Assembly: GCA_903887235.1 (NCBI GenBank)
Contig: CAISOX010000053.1
Location: 19,241 to 83,240 of the forward strand
Reading direction: 5' to 3'
DNA: 64,000 nucleotides
DNA from: an uncultured Alphaproteobacteria bacterium
GTDB lineage: Bacteria; Pseudomonadota; Alphaproteobacteria; Rickettsiales; Midichloriaceae
Shown here: positions 9,892-18,686 of the stretch, piece after piece
Layout of the letters: every line of letters starts with the position of its first letter
Position numbering within the stretch: the first letter of the stretch is position 1
The notes under the pieces: model-generated
Seen by the model: the letters and a program-made list of their open reading frames with translations, nothing else
The model's database searches: none
Told to the model about the DNA's origin: nothing
Position numbers and translations under genes: made by a program

Positions 9892-11565
9892 ATGATAGAA
9901 AATAAAAAAGAAGAGACAAAGGTTATAAAAGAAAAGGATATTGAAGTTATTTCTGAAAATAATGCAAATAGGAAATTTCAGATGGAAAATGATTTATCCA
10001 ATGGAGAAAAAAAAACGGTTTCAGTAAGCGAGGAGTTTGAAGAAAATTTAGTAGAAAAATATAAAAATTACAAAATTCTCGATATTAAGGCTTTTCAAGA
10101 ACTTTTAAAAGAAGCCAAGGATTTTTTATTTGGCATAACGCTAGAAAAGTCTAATTATGTAGAAAAAAATGAAAAAGAAATATCAAATCAAATTAAATAC
10201 CCAATAAAATTTGGACTTCTTGCAGTTGCCATAACTTTAGGATTTTTTGGTATATGGAGTGCGTTGGCTCCACTTGATAGTGCATCAATAGCGGAAGGCC
10301 ACGTTATTTTAAGTGATCACAGAAAGCAAATATTTCATTTAGAAGGTGGGATTATAGATCAAATCTTAGTGAAAGATGGAGATAAGGTAAAAAAAGGACA
10401 ATCTTTAATAATACTGAATGATGCTAGGGCTAAATCTGAATTGGAAAAAGTTTTATGGCAATTACGTTATGCTATCATAGTTGATGAAAAATTAAGGCAG
10501 AGCCTAAAGCTTATATCATACTACCAAGATAAGGATGCTTTAGGTGATACTGAGGAAAATAGCGATAACATTAAGAATTTACAAATTAAGTTCGATAGCA
10601 AGTATCTTGATACCTCAGATCAAAAAATTACGGAGTTGATACAAGCTCAGGCAAATGCGTTTAATTCATACCGCTTATTTATAGAAAATAGCATAAAGAC
10701 TAATGATACACAAATCGAACAAATTAAAGCTAGGATTGAGTCTATTGATGAAAGGATAAAATCTTATAGCGAAAATATTATAACTTATGCAAAAGAATAT
10801 GAAAGAAAGAAAAAATTATATGAGAGTCAGTTAGAGAACTTAAACAATTTATCTATAGCTAAAGTTGAATTGCAAAGATATAAGGGGCAGGTTCTAGAAG
10901 ATAAAGCAGCAAGATTATCTGAAGAACATAAAATTTCGGAGGTAATTGCAAGAAAGGCAAATTTTTTAGATGAGCAAAATGTCAAAATTGCAGAAGATTT
11001 CAAAAGGAATCACACAGACTTACTCACATTGGAAGCCGGATATCTACAAGCAAAAGATTCTCATGAAAGAACTAACATCACTGCTCCTAATGCTGGAGTG
11101 GTTACCGCGTTAAGTGTGCATACTGTTGGTTCAGCAATACGCCAAAACGATAAGCCACTTTTAGAAATTATTCCTCAGGATGACAATTTAGTGATTGAGG
11201 CATTTATCCCTTCAAATGAAATAGATAGTATTAATTTAGGTAGTACCGCGAAAATTCAATTAAATGCGTATAAGGCCAGATTAGTTCCAAGAATTGAGGG
11301 TAATGTTATTTATATTTCAGCTGATAAATTTGATAAAGAATCACCAGGAATGATGGGCCCAGGGCAACCTAAACTGGCCCCAATGGGTTATTATAAAGCT
11401 AAAATAGAGGTTACACCTGAAGAACTTGCAAAGGTTAATACAGATATTAAATTATATCCAGGTATGCCAGTGACAGTGTTTATTGTTAAAGGAACCAGGA
11501 GTTTCGCAGAGTACCTTTATTCTCCAATTAAAGATAGCTTCCATAAAGCGTTTAAAGAGCCGTAG
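9892..11565 (+). CDS. HlyD-family type I secretion membrane fusion protein (PrtE/AprE family)
   Basis: WSALAPLDSA, IFHLEGGII, ITAPNAGVV, LEIIPQDDNLVIEA, LYPGMPVTVFI and YLYSPI; adjacent to the ABC gene. Confidence 0.93.
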   Translation: MIENKKEETKVIKEKDIEVISENNANRKFQMENDLSNGEKKTVSVSEEFEENLVEKYKNYKILDIKAFQELLKEAKDFLFGITLEKSNYVEKNEKEISNQIKYPIKFGLLAVAITLGFFGIWSALAPLDSASIAEGHVILSDHRKQIFHLEGGIIDQILVKDGDKVKKGQSLIILNDARAKSELEKVLWQLRYAIIVDEKLRQSLKLISYYQDKDALGDTEENSDNIKNLQIKFDSKYLDTSDQKITELIQAQANAFNSYRLFIENSIKTNDTQIEQIKARIESIDERIKSYSENIITYAKEYERKKKLYESQLENLNNLSIAKVELQRYKGQVLEDKAARLSEEHKISEVIARKANFLDEQNVKIAEDFKRNHTDLLTLEAGYLQAKDSHERTNITAPNAGVVTALSVHTVGSAIRQNDKPLLEIIPQDDNLVIEAFIPSNEIDSINLGSTAKIQLNAYKARLVPRIEGNVIYISADKFDKESPGMMGPGQPKLAPMGYYKAKIEVTPEELAKVNTDIKLYPGMPVTVFIVKGTRSFAEYLYSPIKDSFHKAFKEP

Positions 11566-11593
11566 TATTATTGCATTAATATTTACTTTCTCC

Positions 11594-11750
11594 AAAAAAA
11601 AACGTCTCCTAAGAGGTCAGGCCGTAGAGTCTCATATACATCATGTGGAAGTATTCATATAAACCTCATGTCCATGCCAGGCTAAAAAATATTCTAGAGA
11701 ATTGGTATAACTTAGTGGCTTAATCTCAGCGCTTAGGCAACGATTTTACC
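11594..11750 (-). ncRNA. Candidate 6S RNA
   Basis: Intergenic ~140-150 nt segment. On the minus strand its ends pair (CGT..CCTAA..GAGATTAAGCC with GGCCTGACCTC-TTAGG..ACG) around a large central bubble containing TTATACCAA, with an apical stem and a 9-T tail. The architecture is 6S-like; no covariance search was run. Confidence 0.5.
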
Positions 11751-11762
11751 ATATGTCGCAAA

Positions 11763-12245
11763 TTAACTAAGTTCTATGTTTCTTTTTAAATCTTTTGCTA
11801 TTTTATCTAATATGCTATTAATAAAACCCAATTCCTCTGAATGGTTTAAGGACTTTGTAATCTGAAGATAATCATTGATTATGGTGGCCATTTCTAGATG
11901 ATTCATTATTGATATATCAGCTATACCAACTCTTAAGATAGCTAATACTAACTTAGGCAACCTTTCCAACTTCCATTTTTTATCTAAATTTGTCCTAATT
12001 AGTTCATCAATGCTTGAGGTATTATCAATAGTAGAGTTTAATAGCTCATAATAAAATTTTTCATCTAAGTTTTGATTTGAGTATTTTTCAACGTGATACT
12101 CAATATAATCTGACGAAATTTGCGCTATATCTTTTTTTTTATTTAAAATATCAATAGAATACAAAGTCTGTACCACCAGAATTCTAGCTGGATAAAGAGA
12201 TAGGTATTCAGAATTATCAGTTAAATTTTGAATATCTTTTATCAT
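11763..12245 (-). CDS. nusB: Transcription antitermination factor NusB
   Basis: ARILVVQTLY, IDELIRTNLDKKWKLERL, AILRVG and GFINSILDKIA; directly downstream of ribH (conserved order). Confidence 0.9.
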   Translation of the reverse strand: MIKDIQNLTDNSEYLSLYPARILVVQTLYSIDILNKKKDIAQISSDYIEYHVEKYSNQNLDEKFYYELLNSTIDNTSSIDELIRTNLDKKWKLERLPKLVLAILRVGIADISIMNHLEMATIINDYLQITKSLNHSEELGFINSILDKIAKDLKRNIELS

Positions 12246-12660
12246 TATATATCATAAATTGATCTTTAACCTTGATCATCTGAATGCATGCGTTTGCAGC
12301 ATTTTCACCATATTTTTTTGCTCTACTTAATGCTTGGTCAATATTATCAACCGTTAATACGCCAAATCCTAATGGGATGGAATAATAAATAGAGATATCT
12401 TGAATTGCTCTAGCGCATTCACGTGTAATCAGGTCATAGTGAGAAGTTTCACCTCTTATAACGCATCCTAGCGCTATCACACCATTATATTCAAACGTCT
12501 CTAATCCCATATTTATTGAACTTGCCAACTCAAAAGCTCCTGGAACAATAATTTGTTCATAATTCATGCTATTTTTTTCAAGTGTTGAAACAGCTGAATC
12601 TAACAGAAGTTTGGAAATGTCTTTATAATAATCTGATATCGAAATTAAAATTTTAGTCAT
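12217..12660 (-). CDS. ribH: 6,7-dimethyl-8-ribityllumazine synthase
   Basis: VPGAFEL, IALGCVIRGETSHYD and PLGFGVLT. Confidence 0.96.
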   Translation of the reverse strand: MTKILISISDYYKDISKLLLDSAVSTLEKNSMNYEQIIVPGAFELASSINMGLETFEYNGVIALGCVIRGETSHYDLITRECARAIQDISIYYSIPLGFGVLTVDNIDQALSRAKKYGENAANACIQMIKVKDQFMIYNDKRYSKFN

Positions 12661-12679
12661 TAGATAAAAACCTATTATT

Positions 12680-12764
12680 TGGTGCGGATGGAGGGACTTG
12701 AACCCACACGCCTTGCGGCACTAGATCCTAAGTCTAGCGCGTCTGCCAATTCCGCCACATCCGC
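12680..12764 (-). tRNA. tRNA-Leu(TAG)
   Basis: Reverse complement GCGGATGTGGCGGAATTGGCAGACGCGCTAGACTTAGGATCTAGTGCCGCAAGGCGTGTGGGTTCAAGTCCCTCCATCCGCACCA: anticodon TAG, long variable arm, CCA end. Confidence 0.97.
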
Positions 12765-12900
12765 AAAAGTATCCAAGTGCAATGTTATAATACTTTTATT
12801 AGTCAATAAAATAGATATAATGTCCTTGAACCAATTTGTTATAACAATTTAATACACTTAATAAATTTTAAATCAAGAAAAATTAATGAAATAAGCAACC

Positions 12901-13227
12901 ATGACATACGTAGTTACAGATAAATGTATAAAATGTAAATATACCGATTGTGTTGAAGTGTGCCCAGTAGATTGTTTTTACGAAGGAAAGAATATGATAG
13001 TAATAAATCCGGAAGAATGTATAGATTGTGGTGTTTGTGAAGCTGAATGTCCTGTAGGTGCTATAGAACCAGAATCAAGCAAATTGATTAAATGGCTTGA
13101 AATTAATAAAAAGTACTCTGATATTTGGCCCAATATTACGGAGAAAAAGGAAGCTCTAAAAGATGCTAAAAACTTTGAGGATGAAGAAGATAAGTACGAA
13201 AAATATTTTCATGAAAATACCAAATAG
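12901..13227 (+). CDS. fdxA: Ferredoxin FdxA (7Fe/8Fe type)
   Basis: [29 protein letters not shown]...[17 protein letters not shown]...WPNIT. Confidence 0.95.
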   Translation: MTYVVTDKCIKCKYTDCVEVCPVDCFYEGKNMIVINPEECIDCGVCEAECPVGAIEPESSKLIKWLEINKKYSDIWPNITEKKEALKDAKNFEDEEDKYEKYFHENTK

Positions 13228-13234
13228 TATATTG
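13118..13234 (+). repeat. 117-bp direct repeat, copy 1 (last 110 nt of fdxA plus 7 nt)
   Basis: Identical to 15056-15172 except G13143 versus C15081. Confidence 0.95.
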
Positions 13235-13290
13235 CTATCTTTTTATGAACACTCCCCCCTTACCAGCACTTGATGCCAAGAAAGGCGATT

Positions 13291-15051
13291 ATGCATAAAC
13301 CACAAAAAGTATTATCCTTCCTATGGTCTGTCATTAAACCATATAAATGGTGGTATTTACTGATGATGCAAGCACCATTTGCTAATGCTATTTTCCCATT
13401 AATATACAATTATGCAATCAAATTATTGATAGATTTATTCGCTGCGAAATCGCAAATTACATTACACTCAGCTATTTATCCTGTACTCTTATTTATTGGT
13501 GTCAATGCTTGGCTGGAAATTTGCTGGAGGATTCACAATTTTGCTGCATGGAAATCTATGCCGTATATAATGCAAAATGTGATGAACAAAGTTTATAATT
13601 ATGTTTTAAATCACTCATATCGATTTTTTCAAAACAATCTAACTGGAACAATTACAAGTAAAGTAAAGGGCATTCATGATGGATGTCAACAAATACATGA
13701 TGCACTTGAATATCAAGTTAGCAAGCCTGTTTTAACGACTATCGTTACTGGTATTGGATTAGCTTGTGTCAATTGGAAAATATTCTTAGTAGTTATAATT
13801 TTTGCAATCATTCAAGGATCAGTTTCTATATTTTTTGGTAAAAAACTTAACTCCATAGAAACGGCAAAAGAGAATGCTTGGCATAAAATAGTTGGTTATA
13901 TGGCTGACAATATTTCAAATATTTTTACAATTTGTTCATACGCAAAAAAACAACATGAGGAGTATAAAGTAAATGCACAGTATGAAAAAAGTTACAAACC
14001 TCTTGCTTTAAAGTGGTGCAAGATAGATTTCATTATGGCTTGTTTACAAGCAACCGTATATTTAATATTTATGGCGTTATTGTTTATTTATATGATTCAT
14101 CTTAGAAATAACGGTGATATTAGCATAGGCGATATTGCGTTTATTATGGCTATGGCATATGTTTTTATTGATAATATGTGGACTGCCATAAATGTGATAA
14201 AAGATTTTTCGCAAACGATTGCACGATTTATATCTTCATTTTCAATTATGCAAATCCCTCAAGAGATTATTGATATACCTCATTCAATAAAATTAAAGGT
14301 GTCAGGAGGTGAAATTATTTTCAAGAATCTATGTTTCAATTACGAAAATAATAGTGCTATTTTTAATAATTTAAACTTACACGTTAAGGCTGGAGAAAAA
14401 GTTGGTATTGTTGGACATTCTGGAGCGGGAAAATCTACATTTATTTCACTTTTATTGAAAAACTTCAAAATAACATCTGGTGATATTATTATTGATAATC
14501 AAAGTATATGTGATGTTTCGTCTGATTCTCTTCGAGCTCAAATTTCATTAATCCCACAAGATATTATGCTTTTTCATCGTTCTATTGGTGAAAATATTGG
14601 CTATGCAAAAGAGAATGCAACTCAAAACGAAATAGAAATGTCTGCAAAAGCAGCTAATATTCATGTCTTTATTGAAAGTTTGCCTGAAAAATATGACACT
14701 TTAGTGGGTGAGCGAGGAGTGAAACTTAGTGGTGGTCAGCGTCAAAGAATAGCAATTGCTCGTGCAATTCTAAAAAATGCACCAATTTTGATTTTAGATG
14801 AGGCAACTTCGAGCCTTGATTCACAAACTGAATATGAAATTCAGAAATCTATAAATATTATGCTTGAACAAAATAGTGCAACAGTTATCGCAATAGCACA
14901 TCGCCTTTCAACAATCAAACATTTGGATAGAATCATTGTTATGGATGGCGGTCAGATTATTGAGGATGGCTCATTTCAGGATTTACTTACAAAAAATAAT
15001 GGAAAGTTTAAGATAATGTGGGATAGTCAAGTTAATGGAATGGTGATTTAA
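13291..15051 (+). CDS. ABC exporter, fused permease/ATPase (MsbA/multidrug-like)
   Basis: Multiple TM helices, GHSGAGKST, IPQDIMLFHRSIGENI, LSGGQRQRIAIARA, LDEATSSLD and IAHRLST. ATG 13291 is preferred over the track's TTG 13270. Confidence 0.93.
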   Translation: MHKPQKVLSFLWSVIKPYKWWYLLMMQAPFANAIFPLIYNYAIKLLIDLFAAKSQITLHSAIYPVLLFIGVNAWLEICWRIHNFAAWKSMPYIMQNVMNKVYNYVLNHSYRFFQNNLTGTITSKVKGIHDGCQQIHDALEYQVSKPVLTTIVTGIGLACVNWKIFLVVIIFAIIQGSVSIFFGKKLNSIETAKENAWHKIVGYMADNISNIFTICSYAKKQHEEYKVNAQYEKSYKPLALKWCKIDFIMACLQATVYLIFMALLFIYMIHLRNNGDISIGDIAFIMAMAYVFIDNMWTAINVIKDFSQTIARFISSFSIMQIPQEIIDIPHSIKLKVSGGEIIFKNLCFNYENNSAIFNNLNLHVKAGEKVGIVGHSGAGKSTFISLLLKNFKITSGDIIIDNQSICDVSSDSLRAQISLIPQDIMLFHRSIGENIGYAKENATQNEIEMSAKAANIHVFIESLPEKYDTLVGERGVKLSGGQRQRIAIARAILKNAPILILDEATSSLDSQTEYEIQKSINIMLEQNSATVIAIAHRLSTIKHLDRIIVMDGGQIIEDGSFQDLLTKNNGKFKIMWDSQVNGMVI

Positions 15052-15055
15052 TCCC

Positions 15056-15172
15056 CTGATATTTGGCCCAATATTACGGACAAAAAGGAAGCTCTAAAAG
15101 ATGCTAAAAACTTTGAGGATGAAGAAGATAAGTACGAAAAATATTTTCATGAAAATACCAAATAGTATATTG
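15056..15172 (+). repeat. 117-bp direct repeat, copy 2 (duplicated fdxA 3' end)
   Basis: CTGATATTTGGCCCAATATTACGGACAAAAAGG...GAAAATACCAAATAGTATATTG, matching 13118-13234. Confidence 0.95.
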
Positions 15173-15236
15173 ATTTTGTTGTAATTTGAATGCTATGTGT
15201 TAGGGTGACGAAATGTTTTTATAATTTGGATAGTAC

Positions 15237-17117
15237 ATGGTAAGAATTTTTATTAGTTGCTTTGTTTTAGTTTTTTTAAGCATAGATTCAAATGCGAGAT
15301 GGGCAACTTTACAGGATTCATCTATAAGAATAATTGAATCTAATGCCAATATCACAGTTAATAAAGACTATACTTATGAATCGACCATAGAATTTTTAGA
15401 CGAAATATTAAAAGAGCAAGGTAGACAAAATTACTCTAAATATACTTTTCAGTATGATATTAAGCGAGAAAAAATAGATATTTTGGAAGCTTATACAATT
15501 TTTGAAAACAAAAAATATATTGTAGGTGAAAGCGAAATAGAAAATAAACCACTTGCAAGTGAGGCTGATGCTCTTGCAGAATATGGGCAAATATCCATTG
15601 CATTTCCAAAAGTAGTAGTGGGTGCCAAAATATACCTTAAATACAGGAAAAAAGTGATAAATCCTTCTCCACCAGAATATTTCGATTATTTCCTTTCCTT
15701 CGGCGAAGGTGGTTATTCAGAAAATGATAATATAACAATAAATTCCGCAATTCCACTATATAGTTATGTTAATGATCCAAATAAGGTGCTTGAGGTTAAA
15801 AGCGATAACGAAAAAAATCAATTTACAAAAAAACTTATTATTAAACAAAAGAAACCATTTACTAGTGACTTAGTTGATGAGCCAAGTGAGGGAAGTATTA
15901 ACTCAAAATATCTTACCTGGGTTGCTATCACAAGTGAAGATACATGGCAAGGAATGCACAAAAAATTTATTGATAAGTATTTAAAAGCAATTAATCAGAA
16001 GTTACCTAGCGATTTTGAAAAAATTTATGAAAAGGCTAAGCAACAAAAAAGTGAGATTGAACAGATAAATTACATTACGCGTAGTTTAAATGACCAAATA
16101 CAATATTTAATGGACATGCGTACTATCTCTGGCAATGTTTTCCCCAGAGATTTAGAGGAGGTTGCTAAAACTCAATATGGTGATTGTAAGGATTTTTCAT
16201 TTGTAACGGGCGCAATACTTAAAAAACTTGGATATAACGTAGACATTACTATAGTTTACAGAGGTGAAATTTACCCAGAATTTAAATCTCCTATTCCAGA
16301 GTTGGCTTTTAATCATATGATGCTTAAGGTAAGTGGTAAAAGCGGCAATGTATATTGGTTGGATCCTACTAATTTTCAAAGTATGGCAAATGGTATATTT
16401 CCAGATGTTGCGGATAGGATGGCTTTAGTAATTTCTGAAAAAGAAGCTAAATATGAAAAAATACCTGAAATCGATCCGATTAAAGCTAATAATTCTATAA
16501 CTAAGGAATATTTGATTAATGAAGACGCTGTTAATGTTGTGTTTAATGCAAATTTGAGTGGGCAAAATTCTTGGCATTTCAGTGGTTTGGGGAAAATGTA
16601 TTCTAAAAGACGTTTAGAAGATACGTTTTTTATGCTTGCAAATGGTTATAAGATAGTTAGCCCAAAAGATAGAATAAGTTCAGAAATACCTAATTTAGAA
16701 TCAAGAATTGTTAAAGATGTAAAGTTTAAGGTTGAATATAAAACCGATGATTTATTATTTCACACAAATTTAGGAAAAGGATTAAAATTGAGATATCAAT
16801 TTTTGGAATTTGTTGCTGATACTATTGAGGATAATAAAATAGACTTTTATATAGGAACCCCCAGAGAGTATAGTATAAAAACCATTATAAAATCCAGATG
16901 CATAAAAAACACAAAAAGCCTTAATTTTGATATTGATACTCAATGGTTAAAATTAAACAGAACTGCAAAATGCATAAATGATGATACTATCGTAATCGAT
17001 AATGCGTTATTCAAAAAGTCCTTTATTAAAAATGAAGAAATTACAACAGATGAATTCAAAAAGTTAAAAAAGGCTATCAATGATAATTATATAGGTATGG
17101 CTGTTATTGTTGATTAA
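15237..17117 (+). CDS. Exported DUF3857/transglutaminase-like protein
   Basis: Signal-peptide-like N-terminus; GDCKDFS (Cys), FNHMML (His) and WLDPT (Asp) catalytic-triad motifs. Confidence 0.8.
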   Translation: MVRIFISCFVLVFLSIDSNARWATLQDSSIRIIESNANITVNKDYTYESTIEFLDEILKEQGRQNYSKYTFQYDIKREKIDILEAYTIFENKKYIVGESEIENKPLASEADALAEYGQISIAFPKVVVGAKIYLKYRKKVINPSPPEYFDYFLSFGEGGYSENDNITINSAIPLYSYVNDPNKVLEVKSDNEKNQFTKKLIIKQKKPFTSDLVDEPSEGSINSKYLTWVAITSEDTWQGMHKKFIDKYLKAINQKLPSDFEKIYEKAKQQKSEIEQINYITRSLNDQIQYLMDMRTISGNVFPRDLEEVAKTQYGDCKDFSFVTGAILKKLGYNVDITIVYRGEIYPEFKSPIPELAFNHMMLKVSGKSGNVYWLDPTNFQSMANGIFPDVADRMALVISEKEAKYEKIPEIDPIKANNSITKEYLINEDAVNVVFNANLSGQNSWHFSGLGKMYSKRRLEDTFFMLANGYKIVSPKDRISSEIPNLESRIVKDVKFKVEYKTDDLLFHTNLGKGLKLRYQFLEFVADTIEDNKIDFYIGTPREYSIKTIIKSRCIKNTKSLNFDIDTQWLKLNRTAKCINDDTIVIDNALFKKSFIKNEEITTDEFKKLKKAINDNYIGMAVIVD

Positions 17118-17121
17118 GATA

Positions 17122-17226
17122 ATAGCATAATTCAGCTAAGTATTGACATCGTCATTCTTCGCTTATGTAGGTTTTACTACACTTCGCTCATCACTCCTTG
17201 TCACTACCTATCTGACCTAAAGCTAT
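17122..17226. repeat. Dispersed ~105-bp palindromic element, copy 1
   Basis: About 92% identical to 45963-46066 (7 mismatches, 1 gap, 54-bp identical core). ATAGC...GCTAT termini and an internal TGTAG/CTACA hairpin. Confidence 0.9.
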
Positions 17227-17265
17227 AGCACTTTTACCCTTGTTTTTTGGGGACAGATTTCAATC

Positions 17266-17319
17266 TTAACGTAAATTTAACGTAACCTTAACATAATTGT
17301 AACATTTCATGTGTATAAT
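17266..17319 (+). promoter_or_regulatory. Tandem CtrA-like boxes plus a -10 element
   Basis: TTAAC at 17266, 17277 and 17288 and GTAAC at 17299 (11-bp period, i.e. overlapping TTAA-N7-TTAAC), then TATAAT at 17314-17319. Confidence 0.65.
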
Positions 17320-17386
17320 ACAAAAATAAGCCCAAAGTTAATAATGACCTTGGGTGAATTTAACAATATAAGTGAAGGTTTACATT

Positions 17387-18190
17387 ATGAGACATTATTA
17401 TAGCATTGCTAATTTTTTAGCAGGAATAGGAATAGAAATATATGATAATTATTTTTCTAGTTACGGCGAAACTTACCAACAGTTGCTTGGTGAGATGCTC
17501 GGATGGTCACAAGGTCATACCGGGGAAGTACAAGCAATATTTAATAACAATGTCCTGCCAGAACTTTTTGTAAATCAATGGGGAAATAATTTAACAAGAA
17601 CAATAGTTAAGCAGTTTAAGCATCAGTATATTGAGTATGAAAATGGTAATATTAAAGGGTGGAATGGTGATGCCGCAGCCATAATGCAGCACACATCTCT
17701 TTGGAATTTCATGAGTAAGTGGAATAATGTCGCAACAATCGTTGCAGGTGTAAGTGATGTAATATATCAATTAATAGATGATGGAATATTAGATGAAACA
17801 ACAGTTACAGAACTCACAAAAAAAGTAGGGCTAACAATAGGTGCAATAAACTTGGTGGCGATTATGGGGATGACATTGCTAATAGTCCCAGAAGCCATGG
17901 GTACAGTGCTTGTAACTTCAGCCTTTTCAACTGTAATAATTATCCTGGAAAGCCTAAACCTTTTGGAAGATGTAAAAATCAATCTAATGTATCAATTAGG
18001 AGTGGGTTTTTCTAAGTTATATAACTTGGATATTGAGATAACTGAATTATATAAAATTATTGATGATAGCAAGGTTGAGCAAGATACCATCTCAGTTATT
18101 ATCGAAGAAGTAGAAGTTAATAACTTGCAGGGTATAGTGACAGAGCTTAACACATCTTCATGGAGTGAGGATTTTGCAATTACCACATAA
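17387..18190 (+). CDS. Hypothetical protein with a central hydrophobic hairpin
   Basis: Long ORF with ATG 17387 preceded by GAAGG (the track starts at GTG 17372). About 45-aa hydrophobic stretch VGLTIGAINLVAIMGMTLLIVPEAMGTVLVTSAFSTVIIILESLNLL. Confidence 0.75.
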   Translation: MRHYYSIANFLAGIGIEIYDNYFSSYGETYQQLLGEMLGWSQGHTGEVQAIFNNNVLPELFVNQWGNNLTRTIVKQFKHQYIEYENGNIKGWNGDAAAIMQHTSLWNFMSKWNNVATIVAGVSDVIYQLIDDGILDETTVTELTKKVGLTIGAINLVAIMGMTLLIVPEAMGTVLVTSAFSTVIIILESLNLLEDVKINLMYQLGVGFSKLYNLDIEITELYKIIDDSKVEQDTISVIIEEVEVNNLQGIVTELNTSSWSEDFAITT

Positions 18191-18369
18191 TTTCGGATAA
18201 AGAATTAAACTCCCCTTTTTTACAATAAAAAGCTTAAATAGCTAGCATTAGAATGAGCTGGTGTTTTAGAGTGGGGGGCTGGCTATTTGCAATTTTAAAG
18301 TTTCTGTAAATTTGCTAGCCCTTATCCAAAACTTGGGTTAATTATTAAAAATATAAAATCAATATAATA

Positions 18370-18398
18370 TTGTACTTGTAGTTAATTCGATTCATAAT
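18370..18398 (+). promoter_or_regulatory. Sigma70-type promoter for tRNA-Thr(CGT)
   Basis: TTGTAC-N17-CATAAT, ending 16 nt before the tRNA. Confidence 0.55.
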
Positions 18399-18414
18399 TA
18401 CATTGAATTTTTAT

Positions 18415-18489
18415 GCCGAAGTAGCACAGAGGTAGTGCAACTGATTCGTAATCAGTAGGTCGGGAGTTCAATTCTCCCCTTCGGCACCA
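18415..18489 (+). tRNA. tRNA-Thr(CGT)
   Basis: GCCGAAGTAGCACAGAGGTAGTGCAACTGATTCGTAATCAGTAGGTCGGGAGTTCAATTCTCCCCTTCGGCACCA. Confidence 0.96.
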
Positions 18490-18686
18490 GATTTTAATGA
18501 TTTTTCTGGCTAATTGTATAAAGCTTAATGCTTTTTCCCTCTTATATCTGGAGTGAATATTAAATATTTTTGAAAATCCTGATTCATATTATATAGCGTT
18601 TTTTAAAATTTCCTTCAAAATCTAAAATCTATATATGCTATATATGAAAAAAAACACCAAGATTTACTTGTAAGACACAATAAAAA

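Noticed and set aside
9892-10200. ~100-aa charged N-terminal extension on the T1SS adaptor
   Set aside because: To my knowledge long cytoplasmic N-termini are usual for rickettsial AprE-type adaptors, so this is not clearly novel.
11594-11750. FMN riboswitch linked to ribH
   Set aside because: It lies downstream of ribH-nusB, not in the leader, and lacks recognisable RFN conserved motifs.
17266-17303. 11-bp periodic motif as a CRISPR-like or minisatellite array
   Set aside because: The unit is far too short, there are no unique spacers of CRISPR size and no cas genes. A regulator-box reading fits better.
18276-18321. Imperfect hairpin GGCTGGC...GCTAGCC between the orphan and tRNA-Thr
   Set aside because: No recognisable ncRNA motif (not SRP, tmRNA or RNase P). 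Probably a terminator-like or chance structure.
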